The notes: generated by a model not told the origin, from the letters alone. 64,000 nucleotides of DNA from Pseudorhodobacter sp. (GCA_024642045.1 JAHEBX010000001.1:17590-81589); one strand, 5' to 3'. Positions 38,905 to 48,983 are shown, counted from the stretch's first letter. Numbers and translations: made by a program.

Positions 38905-40191
38905 ATGAAACTGACCAGACGCGCACTTTTGGCATCCGGCATTGCATCGCTAGCCGTGCCGCGCATTGCATTTGCTGCAGGTGAGACGATCAAGATCGGG
39001 GTGCTGCATTCGCTTTCCGGCACTATGGCGATTTCGGAAACCACACTGAAAGACACCATGCTGATGCTGATCGAGGCTCAGAACGCCAAGGGCGGGCTCT
39101 TGGGCAAACAGATCGAGGCGGTGGTGGTGGATCCGGCTTCGGACTGGCCGTTGTTTGCCGAAAAGGCCCGCGAACTGCTGACGGTAGACAAGGTTGACGT
39201 GATGTTCGGCTGCTGGACGTCGGTATCACGCAAATCGGTGTTGCCGGTGATCGAGGAACTGAACGGGTTGCTGTTCTATCCCGTTCAATACGAAGGCGAA
39301 GAATCGTCGAAAAATGTCTTTTACACCGGCGCAGCGCCGAACCAGCAGGCCATTCCTGCGGTCGACTATTATCTGAACGAGTTGGGCATCCAGAAGTTCG
39401 CGCTGTTGGGCACTGATTATGTCTATCCGCGCACCACTAACAACATTCTGGAAGCCTATCTGATCTCGAAGGGCATTGCCAAAGAGGACATCTTTGTCAA
39501 CTACACCCCGTTTGGCCACTCGGATTGGTCGAAAATCGTCAGCGACGTTGTGGCCTTGGGAGCAGATGGCAAAAAGGTTGGGGTGATCTCTACCATCAAC
39601 GGCGACGCCAACATCGGCTTTTACAAGGAGCTGGCGGCGGCGGGTGTGACCGCGGACAAGCTTCCCGTTTGCGCCTTTTCGGTTGGCGAGGAAGAGCTTT
39701 CGGGTCTGGACACCTCGAACCTTGTTGGCCATCTGGCTGCATGGAACTACTTTATGTCAGCGGATACACCTGAAAACAAAGCGTTTATTGACCAGTGGCA
39801 CGCCTTTATCAAAGACGAAAAGCGCGTAACCAATGACCCGATGGAAGCCCATTATATCGGCTTTAACATGTGGGTGAATGCGGTGACTGCGGCGGGAACA
39901 ACAGATGTCGATGCCGTGTCCGATGCGATGATCGGGCAAAAGTTCCCCAACCTGACCGGCACCGTCGCCGAGATGTTGCCCAACCATCATCTGACCAAAC
40001 CGGTCTTGATCGGCGAAATTCGCGCCGATGGGCAATTCGATATCATCAGCCAGACTGAGCCCGTCGCGGGCGATGCCTGGACAGATTTTCTGCCGGAATC
40101 TGCGGTGCTCGAGTCGGATTGGAAGGACCTGAAGTGCGGCATGTACAACAAGGAAACCAAGACCTGCGTGCAGCTGACCTCCAACTATTGA
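38905..40191 (+). CDS. urtA: Urea ABC transporter substrate-binding protein
   Basis: HSLSGTMAISE, GCWTSVSRK, YPVQYEG, GTDYVYPR and AWNYF motifs. Confidence 0.92.
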   Translation: MKLTRRALLASGIASLAVPRIAFAAGETIKIGVLHSLSGTMAISETTLKDTMLMLIEAQNAKGGLLGKQIEAVVVDPASDWPLFAEKARELLTVDKVDVMFGCWTSVSRKSVLPVIEELNGLLFYPVQYEGEESSKNVFYTGAAPNQQAIPAVDYYLNELGIQKFALLGTDYVYPRTTNNILEAYLISKGIAKEDIFVNYTPFGHSDWSKIVSDVVALGADGKKVGVISTINGDANIGFYKELAAAGVTADKLPVCAFSVGEEELSGLDTSNLVGHLAAWNYFMSADTPENKAFIDQWHAFIKDEKRVTNDPMEAHYIGFNMWVNAVTAAGTTDVDAVSDAMIGQKFPNLTGTVAEMLPNHHLTKPVLIGEIRADGQFDIISQTEPVAGDAWTDFLPESAVLESDWKDLKCGMYNKETKTCVQLTSNY

Positions 40192-40198
40192 TCCTTGA

Positions 40199-40222
40199 GT
40201 GAGGGGCCGTCTGGCCCCTCAC
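40199..40222 (+). terminator. Perfect 10 bp stem-loop after urtA
   Basis: GTGAGGGGCC-GTCT-GGCCCCTCAC. Confidence 0.55.
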
Positions 40223-40242
40223 ATTTCCCGACCGGATATGAA

Positions 40243-42174
40243 ATGCGAACTTTGTTGATCTGCCTCTTCGCGTTGCTGTCAGTGACGCCCCTGCGCGCGC
40301 AGACCGTGGCGGAGATCCTTTCGGCCAATGCGGGCCTGATCGAAAAATCCTCGCGACAGACGATTGCCCCGGTGATCGATGCACTTGCGGCAAGCGGCGA
40401 TCCGATGGCAGCCGAAGTTCTGGCGGCCTGGCAGGAAAAGGCCTTGGCAATCCGCAAGGGTGACGGGGCCTTTGTTCTGCTGAAAACCACATCTGACGGC
40501 TATGAGGTGCGCGATCTGACGGGGGCGACGTTAGGCACAGCCACGAAAACCGACGTTACGGAACTGAAGCCCAATGCCGGCGTGCGTGCGATGATCGCAA
40601 CGGCACTGGTTCAGTTCACCCTTTCTGATCCAGATATCTCAAAGCGGCAAGCGGCCCTCGATTCCATCGCAAAAGACCCCAAACCTGAGGCCCTGCTGCC
40701 GTTGCGGGCGGCGATCAAGTTGGAAAAAGCACCTACGATTCTGGCTCAGAAACAACGACTTGAACAACTGCTGACGCTGCGGTTCGATGCTGATCCTGCC
40801 GCCCGTGTCGCCGCAATTACTGGATTTGGTGCCGATTTAGGACTTGATCTGCGTGCCGCGCTCAATCCTTTGGTCGTGACCAAACGCCTCGCTGCGTCGA
40901 GCCCGCCAGACGGCAATATTGCGCGCGCGTTGCAGCCAGGGCGCGATCTTTCGCAAACCGAGGCTTATGATCTTTTGGTCGCGGCCGGGCTCGCTTTGCC
41001 GCGTCTGACCATCGAAGCAGAGCGTGCAGCCCTGCTGGCCAATCTGACCGATGGTATGGTTGGCGGCGTAGCTTTGGCGGATCTTGCCAGTCAAGCCGCC
41101 CGCGACCGCGCCTATACCGCGCTGGAAGCCGAGGGCCGGGTGCCGCAAGCGATGACCGACGCGGAGGCAAAGGCCGCGGTGAACGATTTTCAGTTTTACG
41201 ATGTTTACGTGGAACCTGATGCCGCCGTAACGTCTGCAGCCAGTGCTGCCTTGACGTCGATTGGTTACCGGGTCGATTTCATGCAGGCGGCAGACCTCGC
41301 CCTGGACGGGCTATCGCTTGCCTCGATCTACTTTCTGGCTGCCATAGGGCTTGCCATTACCTTTGGCGTGATGGGGGTGATCAATATGGCGCATGGCGAG
41401 TTCATCACCCTTGGCGCCTATACGGGCTATGTCGTGCAGCAATGGGTGCCCAATTACACTGCCTCGATCCTGATCGCACTGCCTTTGGCCTTTGCGGTGA
41501 CCTTTGCCGCCGGTGTGGCGATGGAGCGGCTGGTGATCCGGCATCTTTACAAGCGGCCACTTGAGACGCTGCTTGCCACCTTTGGAATTTCCATCGCGCT
41601 GCAGCAGATATTCAAGAATATCTTTGGCACGCAAGCGCGGCCCTTGACCTCGCCTGCATGGTTGGACGGCGCGCTTAGTTTCAATGACGTCGTGTCGATC
41701 AGCTATATCCGCATTGCGATCTTTGTGCTGGCGCTGGTCTTTCTGGGCTTTTTCCTATGGCTGATGAAACGCACGCGCCTTGGTCTGGAGGTGCGCGCCG
41801 TGACGCAAAACCCCGGAATGGCGGCAAGCATGGGCATCAATCCCGACCGTATCAACATGCTGACCTTTGGGCTTGGCTCTGGCATCGCGGGCATTGCGGG
41901 GGTGGCGATCGGACTGTTTGCCAAAGTGACGTCAGAGCTTGGCACTGACTATATCGTGCAATCCTTCATGACGGTCGTGGTCGGTGGCGTCGGCAATATC
42001 TGGGGCACGCTTGCGGGGGCGACGATGATCGGCGGTTTGCAAAAGATGATTGAGTTTCTCAACCCCTCGAACACCTTGGCAGCGCAAACCTACATGATCT
42101 TATTCATCATTCTGTTTATTCAGTTTCGACCGCGTGGCATCATCGCTTTGCGTGGTCGCGCCGCAGGAGACTGA
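40243..42174 (+). CDS. urtB: Urea ABC transporter permease with long N-terminal periplasmic extension
   Basis: GLAITFGVMGVINMAHGEF, RPLETLLATFG and QFRPRG motifs. Confidence 0.88.
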   Translation: MRTLLICLFALLSVTPLRAQTVAEILSANAGLIEKSSRQTIAPVIDALAASGDPMAAEVLAAWQEKALAIRKGDGAFVLLKTTSDGYEVRDLTGATLGTATKTDVTELKPNAGVRAMIATALVQFTLSDPDISKRQAALDSIAKDPKPEALLPLRAAIKLEKAPTILAQKQRLEQLLTLRFDADPAARVAAITGFGADLGLDLRAALNPLVVTKRLAASSPPDGNIARALQPGRDLSQTEAYDLLVAAGLALPRLTIEAERAALLANLTDGMVGGVALADLASQAARDRAYTALEAEGRVPQAMTDAEAKAAVNDFQFYDVYVEPDAAVTSAASAALTSIGYRVDFMQAADLALDGLSLASIYFLAAIGLAITFGVMGVINMAHGEFITLGAYTGYVVQQWVPNYTASILIALPLAFAVTFAAGVAMERLVIRHLYKRPLETLLATFGISIALQQIFKNIFGTQARPLTSPAWLDGALSFNDVVSISYIRIAIFVLALVFLGFFLWLMKRTRLGLEVRAVTQNPGMAASMGINPDRINMLTFGLGSGIAGIAGVAIGLFAKVTSELGTDYIVQSFMTVVVGGVGNIWGTLAGATMIGGLQKMIEFLNPSNTLAAQTYMILFIILFIQFRPRGIIALRGRAAGD

Positions 42175-42177
42175 CTG

Positions 42178-43383
42178 ATGCGCAACCAGAAATCTCGGCT
42201 GATCTTTGTGCTAGTCCTGGCTTTGTTCACCATCCTTGTCACTATTGGCGCGCAGAACGGGCTGGTTTCAACCTCGTTCGTCAAGACCTTGGGCAAGACG
42301 CTGTGCCTGTGCATCGCCGCGCTCGCGATGGATTTGATCTGGGGCTATGCGGGTATCCTGAGCCTTGGCCACATGGCGTTTTTTGCGCTTGGCGGCTATA
42401 TGATCGGCATGTGGCTGATGTATGCCCGAACCGAGGAAATTGTGGTTGCTTCGCTGGCCAATGCGGGTCTGCCTGCCACACCCGAAGAGATCAGCCAAGG
42501 CATCGCCTCGCAGATCTTTGGCGTGGTCGGGGCCTCGGATTTGCCCATGATCTGGGGCTTTGCGCATAGCCTGCCGCTGCAATTGATGCTTGTGGTGCTG
42601 CTGCCCGGACTGCTTGCGCTGGCGTTCGGCTGGCTTGCGTTTCGGGCGCGGGTCACGGGGGTTTATCTTTCGATCCTGACCCAAGCCATGACCTTGGCAC
42701 TGGCGCTGTATCTGTTTCAAAACGACTCTGGGTTGCGGGGCAACAATGGTCTGTCGGGTCTGCAAAACCTGCCGGGGGTGACAGCGGGGCAGCAGGAGGT
42801 ATCGCTGTGGTTCTTTTGGGCGGCGGCGGCGGCGCTTTGCATCACCTATATCGGGCTTTCTGCAATCGTGTCGGGCAAGTTCGGATCGGTGATCCGCGCT
42901 ATTCGCGATGACGAGGCAAGAGTGCGATTTCTGGGCTATTCGGTTGAGGCCTATAAGCTTTTCGTCTTTACCTTGACGTCCGTGATCGTGGCGCTTGCCG
43001 GGGCGCTCTACTATCCGCAGGCGGGCATCATCAACCCTGCCGAACTCGCCCCAATAGCATCGATCTATCTTGCGGTTTGGGTCGCGATCGGGGGCCGTGG
43101 CAAACTTTATGGCGCGGTCATCGGGGCTGCGGTTGTTTCGCTGTTGTCCAGTTGGTTTACCGGCGGACGCGCACCCTCGATCCCCTTGGGCTTTGCCACA
43201 ATCGACTGGGTGAACTGGTGGCAGGTCTTGCTGGGGCTGTCGTTCGTCTGTGTTACCCTGTTTGCCCCCAAGGGCATCAGCGGCATCTTTGATTGGGTCG
43301 CCGGTGCCGCGTCACCAGATCGCAAAGGCGCACCGCTGGGGCGCGACGACGGATCGTTGCAGGAACAAGAGGCGTTGAAATGA
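42178..43383 (+). CDS. urtC: Urea ABC transporter permease
   Basis: DLIWGYAGILSLGH, GVYLSILTQA and AIRDDEARVRFLGY motifs. Confidence 0.88.
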   Translation: MRNQKSRLIFVLVLALFTILVTIGAQNGLVSTSFVKTLGKTLCLCIAALAMDLIWGYAGILSLGHMAFFALGGYMIGMWLMYARTEEIVVASLANAGLPATPEEISQGIASQIFGVVGASDLPMIWGFAHSLPLQLMLVVLLPGLLALAFGWLAFRARVTGVYLSILTQAMTLALALYLFQNDSGLRGNNGLSGLQNLPGVTAGQQEVSLWFFWAAAAALCITYIGLSAIVSGKFGSVIRAIRDDEARVRFLGYSVEAYKLFVFTLTSVIVALAGALYYPQAGIINPAELAPIASIYLAVWVAIGGRGKLYGAVIGAAVVSLLSSWFTGGRAPSIPLGFATIDWVNWWQVLLGLSFVCVTLFAPKGISGIFDWVAGAASPDRKGAPLGRDDGSLQEQEALK

Positions 43384-44123
43384 GCGCGCTGTTGGAGGTT
43401 TCGGGTGTGAGCGTCAGCTTTGACGGCTTTCGCGCGATCAACAATCTGACCTTTTCCATCGGGACGGCAGAGCTGCGCGCGATTATCGGGCCGAATGGGG
43501 CGGGCAAAAGCACATTCATGGACATCGTGACGGGTAAAACCAAACCTGACAGCGGTGCGGTCACGTTTGGCGAGAAGTCGACCTCGTTGCTGAAGCTGTC
43601 CGAAGCGCAGATTGCACGGGTCGGGATCGGGCGGAAGTTTCAGCGCCCGACGGTGTTTGAAGATCAAACCGTTGCCGAAAACCTGATCCTTGCCCTGAAG
43701 GCCGCGCGCAGCCCTTGGAAGGTGCTGGCATGGCGGATCAAGTCGATTGATCTTGAGAAGGTGCAACGGTTGGCGGTCCAAGTTGGCCTTGCCGACCACT
43801 TGCCGCGCAAAGCTGGCGAGTTGAGCCACGGGCAAAAGCAATGGCTCGAGATTGCAATGCTTCTGGCGCAAGAGCCGCGGCTTTTGCTGGTGGATGAACC
43901 CGCTGCCGGAATGACTCTGGCCGAACGCGAGCGCACGACCGAACTTTTGACCCAGATCGCGCAGACGCGGGCCGTGGTGGTGGTGGAGCACGATATGGAC
44001 TTTGTCCGCCGCCTGAATTGCCGTGTGACGGTGCTGCACGAAGGCGCGGTTTTGGCCGAGGGCAGTCTCGAGCATGTCACCAAGAACCAAGATGTCATCG
44101 ACGTCTATCTGGGGCGCGGATAA
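43380..44123 (+). CDS. urtD: Urea ABC transporter ATP-binding protein
   Basis: GPNGAGKS, GIGRKFQRP, LSHGQKQWLEI and VEHDM motifs. Confidence 0.9.
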   Translation: MSALLEVSGVSVSFDGFRAINNLTFSIGTAELRAIIGPNGAGKSTFMDIVTGKTKPDSGAVTFGEKSTSLLKLSEAQIARVGIGRKFQRPTVFEDQTVAENLILALKAARSPWKVLAWRIKSIDLEKVQRLAVQVGLADHLPRKAGELSHGQKQWLEIAMLLAQEPRLLLVDEPAAGMTLAERERTTELLTQIAQTRAVVVVEHDMDFVRRLNCRVTVLHEGAVLAEGSLEHVTKNQDVIDVYLGRG

Positions 44124-44818
44124 TGATCAAAGTCAAAGACCTGACCTTACACTACGGCGGCACTCAAATTCTACACGGCATTGATTTTGAAGCAAAATCT
44201 GGCCAGATCACCTGTATCATGGGCACAAATGGCACCGGAAAGACCAGTTTGCTGAAGGCGCTGTCCGGCACGCATCCGCGCTCTGGCGGTAGGATGGAGT
44301 TTGACGGCGAAGCCATAGGCATCGTGCGAGCGCAAGTCATGGCGCAGCGCGGGCTTGCGCTTGTGCCGCAGGGTCGGATGATCTTTCCGCTGCTCAGCGT
44401 GCGCGAGAATTTGGAAACGGCCTTCGCGGTCTTGCCAAAATCCGAACGTCGAATTCCGGCCGAAATCTATGATCTGTTTCCGGTCCTGAAAGACATGACA
44501 CAGCGACGCGGCGGCGATCTTTCGGGTGGCCAACAGCAGCAACTTGCAATCGCGCGCGCCATGATCATGAAGCCAAAGGTTCTTTTGCTGGATGAGCCGA
44601 CCGAGGGCATTCAACCAAATATCATCCAGCAAATCGGCCATGTTCTGGAATATTTGAAGGGCAAAGGCGATATGGCAATTGTTCTGGTCGAGCAGTACTT
44701 CGAGTTTGCCTATGCTTTGGCCGATCATTTCTATGTCTTGCGGCGGGGCCTCGTATCGACATCCGGCCCGCGCGCAAGTTTCGAGAAGGCTGCACTGCGG
44801 TCCGAAGTGGCGCTTTAG
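44123..44818 (+). CDS. urtE: Urea ABC transporter ATP-binding protein
   Basis: GTNGTGKT, LSGGQQQQLAI, DEPTEGIQP and VEQY motifs. Confidence 0.9.
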   Translation: MIKVKDLTLHYGGTQILHGIDFEAKSGQITCIMGTNGTGKTSLLKALSGTHPRSGGRMEFDGEAIGIVRAQVMAQRGLALVPQGRMIFPLLSVRENLETAFAVLPKSERRIPAEIYDLFPVLKDMTQRRGGDLSGGQQQQLAIARAMIMKPKVLLLDEPTEGIQPNIIQQIGHVLEYLKGKGDMAIVLVEQYFEFAYALADHFYVLRRGLVSTSGPRASFEKAALRSEVAL

Positions 44819-44865
44819 CGAAGATCAATCGCATCTGGGCTTGGCGACGTTCGGGCAACGCCAGC

Positions 44866-45642
44866 CTAGAAAGACTGCCAGCCCTTCCACAGCATGTAGA
44901 ATGCCACGACGAAGATCAGCAGCGCGAACACCGTCGTCAGTGTGCCGCGCCCAGACAGGCGGCGTGCAAGACGGGTGCCCAGCAAGCCGCCCCCGATGCC
45001 GCCCAAAATGAAGACGGCGGCCAAGCCCCAATCCACCAGCCCCGAAAAGGCATAGTTCAGAGCCGTGGTCAGACCGAAAGCCGCGACGGCGACAAGGCTG
45101 GTGCCGACCGCATTAATGATCGGCATGTGGGTCGAGGCCACCAAGCCCGGCACGATCAGAAAACCGCCGCCGATACCGAAAAAGCCCGAAAATCCGCCTG
45201 TTGCCACGCCGAAACTCATGACCTTAGCAGCATTCTCGCGTCCGCATTGCGCGCCCGGAATGCCTTCGGCCCGGCGGTTCTTGAGCATCAATACACCGAC
45301 AACCAGCATCACCAACGCGAACAGGAACAAAAGCTTCTGACCGTCAAAGGATTTGCCAAGCGTTGACCCCGCGAACGCCCCCAGAACACCCGACACCGCA
45401 TAGAGCCCGCCGCAGCGCCATTTCACATTTCCGGCGCGCGCATGTTGCGCCAGGCTGGACATCGCGTTCATGGCCACTGCCAGCGCGCTGGTCCCGATCG
45501 CCACATGCGGATTTGTCACCCCTACCACATAGACCATCAAAGGCACCGCAAGGATTGACCCGCCTCCGCCCACGAGGCCCAAGGTCAGTCCAACCAATCC
45601 GCCAGAAAGCGTGCCGAGAAAATAGTGAAAGCTGTCGATCAT
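44866..45642 (-). CDS. Sulfite exporter TauE/SafE family protein
   Basis: GLVGGGGSILAVP repeated as GFFGIGGGFLIVP, AIGTS/AVGTS. Confidence 0.88.
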   Translation of the reverse strand: MIDSFHYFLGTLSGGLVGLTLGLVGGGGSILAVPLMVYVVGVTNPHVAIGTSALAVAMNAMSSLAQHARAGNVKWRCGGLYAVSGVLGAFAGSTLGKSFDGQKLLFLFALVMLVVGVLMLKNRRAEGIPGAQCGRENAAKVMSFGVATGGFSGFFGIGGGFLIVPGLVASTHMPIINAVGTSLVAVAAFGLTTALNYAFSGLVDWGLAAVFILGGIGGGLLGTRLARRLSGRGTLTTVFALLIFVVAFYMLWKGWQSF

Positions 45643-45757
45643 CGTTGTTTGTCCAAATCAGGTGGTCCTGACACGAGGATCGTGTCAGCGAAGCAGCCAC
45701 ATCACAGTGCAATTCTTGGATCTGAAGCTGCCAAGTCAGGGCGCGCCATGCCGGCGG

Positions 45758-46135
45758 CTAGTCGCTGTTCATCTGCTCCGAGGTCTTTGCAATCATCATG
45801 TCCAGAAATCCCCAAAAGAAATCTTCTCCGGGATAACCTTCGATGCGATCAACTTCGACGCCGTCCTGAACCAGAACAAAGGTTGGGGTGAAAACGGGTG
45901 CGGACCGCAAAGTGATGCCGTCCGGAAGCGTGGCGTGAATGTCGATCCGCATCAGAGGGGCCTGCTGGCCTTCAGTCGTCAGTGGATACTTTGGGCCAAT
46001 TTGGCGATTCCACTGCGCGCAATAACGGCAGCCAGGCTGTTCGAACATCAGCAATTGAACCTCCGCTTGGGCGGTGAGTGGCCAAAATGGCAACAGGCTA
46101 AGGCCGAGAACTGCGCCTTGCAGAGACAGTCTCAT
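45758..46135 (-). CDS. soxS: Periplasmic thioredoxin SoxS
   Basis: Signal peptide, EQPGCRYC, FTPTFVL, GYPGEDFFW; divergent from soxV. Confidence 0.8.
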   Translation of the reverse strand: MRLSLQGAVLGLSLLPFWPLTAQAEVQLLMFEQPGCRYCAQWNRQIGPKYPLTTEGQQAPLMRIDIHATLPDGITLRSAPVFTPTFVLVQDGVEVDRIEGYPGEDFFWGFLDMMIAKTSEQMNSD

Positions 46136-46230
46136 TGACGGACCTCGATTCATATAGATACATTGTAATATATCCAAGTTAGACGTGTTGCGAACCCCCT
46201 TTTCTTGGCCAAGCAGGACTGCGAGGTAAA

Positions 46231-46968
46231 ATGTTCGAAATTTCATATGGAGGGGCAGTACTTGCAGGTATTTTGTCATTCCTGTCGCCCTGCATTTTGC
46301 CCATGGTGCCGTTTTATCTGAGCTATATGGCCGGGCTTTCGATGCAGGAATTGCGCGCCGAGGGTGGAATCGTTCCGGGGGCGCGGCGCAGGTTGGTGTT
46401 TTCCGCTATCGCCTTTGCGCTTGGTGTGACCACGATTTTTGTCTTGCTGGGCTTGGGGGCAACGGCGCTGGGACAGGTCTTTTTGCAATGGAAGCAGCCG
46501 CTTTCCTATGTTGCGGCCGCTGTTCTGATGGTGTTTGGATTGCACTTTCTGGGCATCTTCAAGATCGGCTTTCTGTACCGCGAAGCGCGGCTGGATGCGG
46601 GCAAGCCGTCCGCGGGGGTGCTTGGGTCCTATGTCATGGGTCTTGCGTTTGGCTTTGGTTGGACGCCGTGCGTTGGGCCTGCCTTGGCGGCAATTCTGAT
46701 GGTCGCAAGCGGTATGGGCGATTTGTGGCGCGGGGCGAGCCTGCTGTTCGTCTATGGCGTTGCGATGACCTTTCCCTTCGTCATCGCCGCCTTTTTCGCG
46801 CAACCCTTTCTGGGCTGGATCAGCCGGAACAGGAAATATCTGGTCTATGTTGAAAAGGTCATGGGCGGTATGCTGATCGTGTTTGCTCTGCTCATCGCTA
46901 CAAATTCTGTCAACTATATCGCGGACTTTATGATCCGCCATTTTGATTTCAGCGGTACGCTGCAGTAA
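46231..46968 (+). CDS. soxV: CcdA-type thiol-disulfide transporter SoxV
   Basis: SFLSPCILPMVP and GFGWTPCVGP motifs. Confidence 0.87.
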   Translation: MFEISYGGAVLAGILSFLSPCILPMVPFYLSYMAGLSMQELRAEGGIVPGARRRLVFSAIAFALGVTTIFVLLGLGATALGQVFLQWKQPLSYVAAAVLMVFGLHFLGIFKIGFLYREARLDAGKPSAGVLGSYVMGLAFGFGWTPCVGPALAAILMVASGMGDLWRGASLLFVYGVAMTFPFVIAAFFAQPFLGWISRNRKYLVYVEKVMGGMLIVFALLIATNSVNYIADFMIRHFDFSGTLQ

Positions 46969-46981
46969 CAGGGAGGTTGGG

Positions 46982-47539
46982 ATGAAACGCTTGATTTTGG
47001 CAGCACTGTTGACGGTGTTTGCGGCGTCGGCGCAGGCCGTTACTCTGGGCGATGATGGCCTGCACAAGACCGAATGGCAGCATGATACCTTCAAAGACCT
47101 GCGCGAGGATTTGGCCGAGGCCAATGCTGAAGGCAAGCGACTGCTGATCATGATCGAACAGCGCGGCTGCATTTATTGCACCAAGATGCATGAAGAGGTT
47201 TTTCCCGACCCAAAGATCGATGCGCTGTTGAAGAATGACTATTTTGTAATTCAGATCAATATGTTCGGCGATGTGGATGTGACCGATTTTGACGGCAAGG
47301 TTCTGCCCGAAAAAGATATGGTGGTGCGTTGGGGCGCTTTGTTCACACCGACATTGATCTTTCTGCCGGAAGAGGTTCCTGAAGGTAAGACGGCTTCTGA
47401 GGCCGCTGTGGTGACCATGCCGGGCGCTTTTGGCAAGGGGACGACCGAGGCTTTGCTGACATGGGTGAAAGACCACGGATATGAGAGCGGCGAGCCTTTC
47501 CAGAAATATGTCGCGGCGCGGATGGGTGCGGGAAACTGA
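46982..47539 (+). CDS. soxW: Periplasmic thioredoxin SoxW
   Basis: Signal peptide, EQRGCIYCTKMH, FTPTLIF, PGAFG. Confidence 0.85.
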   Translation: MKRLILAALLTVFAASAQAVTLGDDGLHKTEWQHDTFKDLREDLAEANAEGKRLLIMIEQRGCIYCTKMHEEVFPDPKIDALLKNDYFVIQINMFGDVDVTDFDGKVLPEKDMVVRWGALFTPTLIFLPEEVPEGKTASEAAVVTMPGAFGKGTTEALLTWVKDHGYESGEPFQKYVAARMGAGN

Positions 47540-47557
47540 AAAGACCCTCCGGAAATT

Positions 47558-47577
47558 ATATTCACGTAATCGTATAT
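47558..47577. promoter_or_regulatory. Candidate SoxR/SqrR/BigR-type operator upstream of soxX
   Basis: ATATTC-N8-GTATAT, one mismatch from a perfect ATATTC-N8-GAATAT inverted repeat. Confidence 0.45.
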
Positions 47578-47641
47578 CAATGTTGCCAGCTTCACCTTTC
47601 TTCGCCTAGACTGTGAGTCGGAGAGACGAGGGAGGACTAAA

Positions 47642-48115
47642 ATGCAGAGCAGAGTCATGCTCGGCCTGACTTTGGCCACGCTTGCGGCGCTACCCGCCGC
47701 AGCCCAAACTGCCCCAGCCGATGTCGTGTTCAATGAAGGCGCGATCGAAACAAGCCTGACGGGTGCACCGGGCGATGCCGCCGAAGGTGCAAAGGTCATG
47801 GCAAGCCGTGCGATGGGCAATTGTGTTGCCTGTCATGTGGTCACGGCGATGCCCGAGGCGTCGTTTCAGGGCAACGTAGGGCCCGCACTCGATGGTGCGG
47901 CCGGTCGGTGGTCAGAGGCGCAGCTGCGCGGCATCGTTGCCAATGCGAAGATGACCTTTGACGGCACAGTGATGCCCGCTTTCTATAAGACAGAGGGCTA
48001 TATCCGCCCGGGCGACGCCTACACTGGCAAGGCACCGACGGGACCGCTGCCTCCGATTTTGGATGGCACGCAGATCGAGAATGTCGTCGCGTATCTGATG
48101 ACCTTAAAGGACTAG
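47642..48115 (+). CDS. soxX: Sulfur oxidation c-type cytochrome SoxX
   Basis: GNCVACH, GNVGPAL, TVMPAFY motifs. Confidence 0.92.
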   Translation: MQSRVMLGLTLATLAALPAAAQTAPADVVFNEGAIETSLTGAPGDAAEGAKVMASRAMGNCVACHVVTAMPEASFQGNVGPALDGAAGRWSEAQLRGIVANAKMTFDGTVMPAFYKTEGYIRPGDAYTGKAPTGPLPPILDGTQIENVVAYLMTLKD

Positions 48116-48146
48116 GGGCCCAGCCCGAATGAACGAGGAGTCGATG

Positions 48147-48566
48147 ATGAAACTTTCAAGACGTGAAGCGATCGCTCTTGGCTTTGGCAGTGTTGCGGCA
48201 ACTTTGCTGCCGATGCCAGTGCTGGCTGATGCGGCCGAAGACGCGATTTCGGCCTTTACCGGAGGCGCGGCAGTCGGGACGGCAGGGGTCACGCTGACGG
48301 CACCGGAGATCGCCGAAAACGGAAATACGGTGCCGGTTTCAGTAAATGCGCCGGGCGCCTCGGCGATTATGCTCTTGGCAACGGGCAACCCGACACCCGC
48401 AGTGGCCACCTTCAAGTTTGGACCCGCGGCCGGGTCGCAAAATGCCGCTACCCGCATTCGTTTGGCTAAAACGCAAAAGGTCGTAGCGATCGCGAAGCTC
48501 GCCGATGGAACCTTTGCTCAAGCTGAATCCACCGTAAAAGTGACCATCGGCGGCTGCGGCGGCTGA
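48147..48566 (+). CDS. soxY: Sulfur carrier protein SoxY
   Basis: Tat signal SRRE, APEIAENGNTVP, C-terminal VTIGGCGG swinging arm. Confidence 0.95.
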   Translation: MKLSRREAIALGFGSVAATLLPMPVLADAAEDAISAFTGGAAVGTAGVTLTAPEIAENGNTVPVSVNAPGASAIMLLATGNPTPAVATFKFGPAAGSQNAATRIRLAKTQKVVAIAKLADGTFAQAESTVKVTIGGCGG

Positions 48567-48589
48567 TCTGGTCTGATGAGGAGACGATA

Positions 48590-48919
48590 ATGGCAAACGA
48601 TGTCAAACCCCGCGTAAAGGTCCCTAAGTCGGCTGCTGTCGGCGAAGTGGTGACGCTCAAGACCCTGATCAGCCATCCGATGGAATCTGGTCAGCGCAAA
48701 GACGACAAGGGCGTGCTGATCCCGCGCGAGATCATCAACCGTTTTACGTGTGACTATCACGGCGTGAACGTGATCGAGATCGAGATTGATCCGGCCGTGT
48801 CGACCAATCCTTATTTTGAATTCGACGTCAAGATCGATGCAGCAGGGGAATTCGTCTTCACTTGGTACGATGACGACGGCTCTGTCTACACAGAGAAGAA
48901 ATCCATCGAAATCGCCTGA
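48590..48919 (+). CDS. soxZ: Sulfur carrier subunit SoxZ
   Basis: LISHPMESGQRKD, VSTNPYFEF, WYDDDG motifs. Confidence 0.93.
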   Translation: MANDVKPRVKVPKSAAVGEVVTLKTLISHPMESGQRKDDKGVLIPREIINRFTCDYHGVNVIEIEIDPAVSTNPYFEFDVKIDAAGEFVFTWYDDDGSVYTEKKSIEIA

Positions 48920-48983
48920 GGCGAAACTGCGGAGTGACCCAGCACCCCTTTCGGTGCCGGGTCTTGAAAAGGGAGGAATAGCA

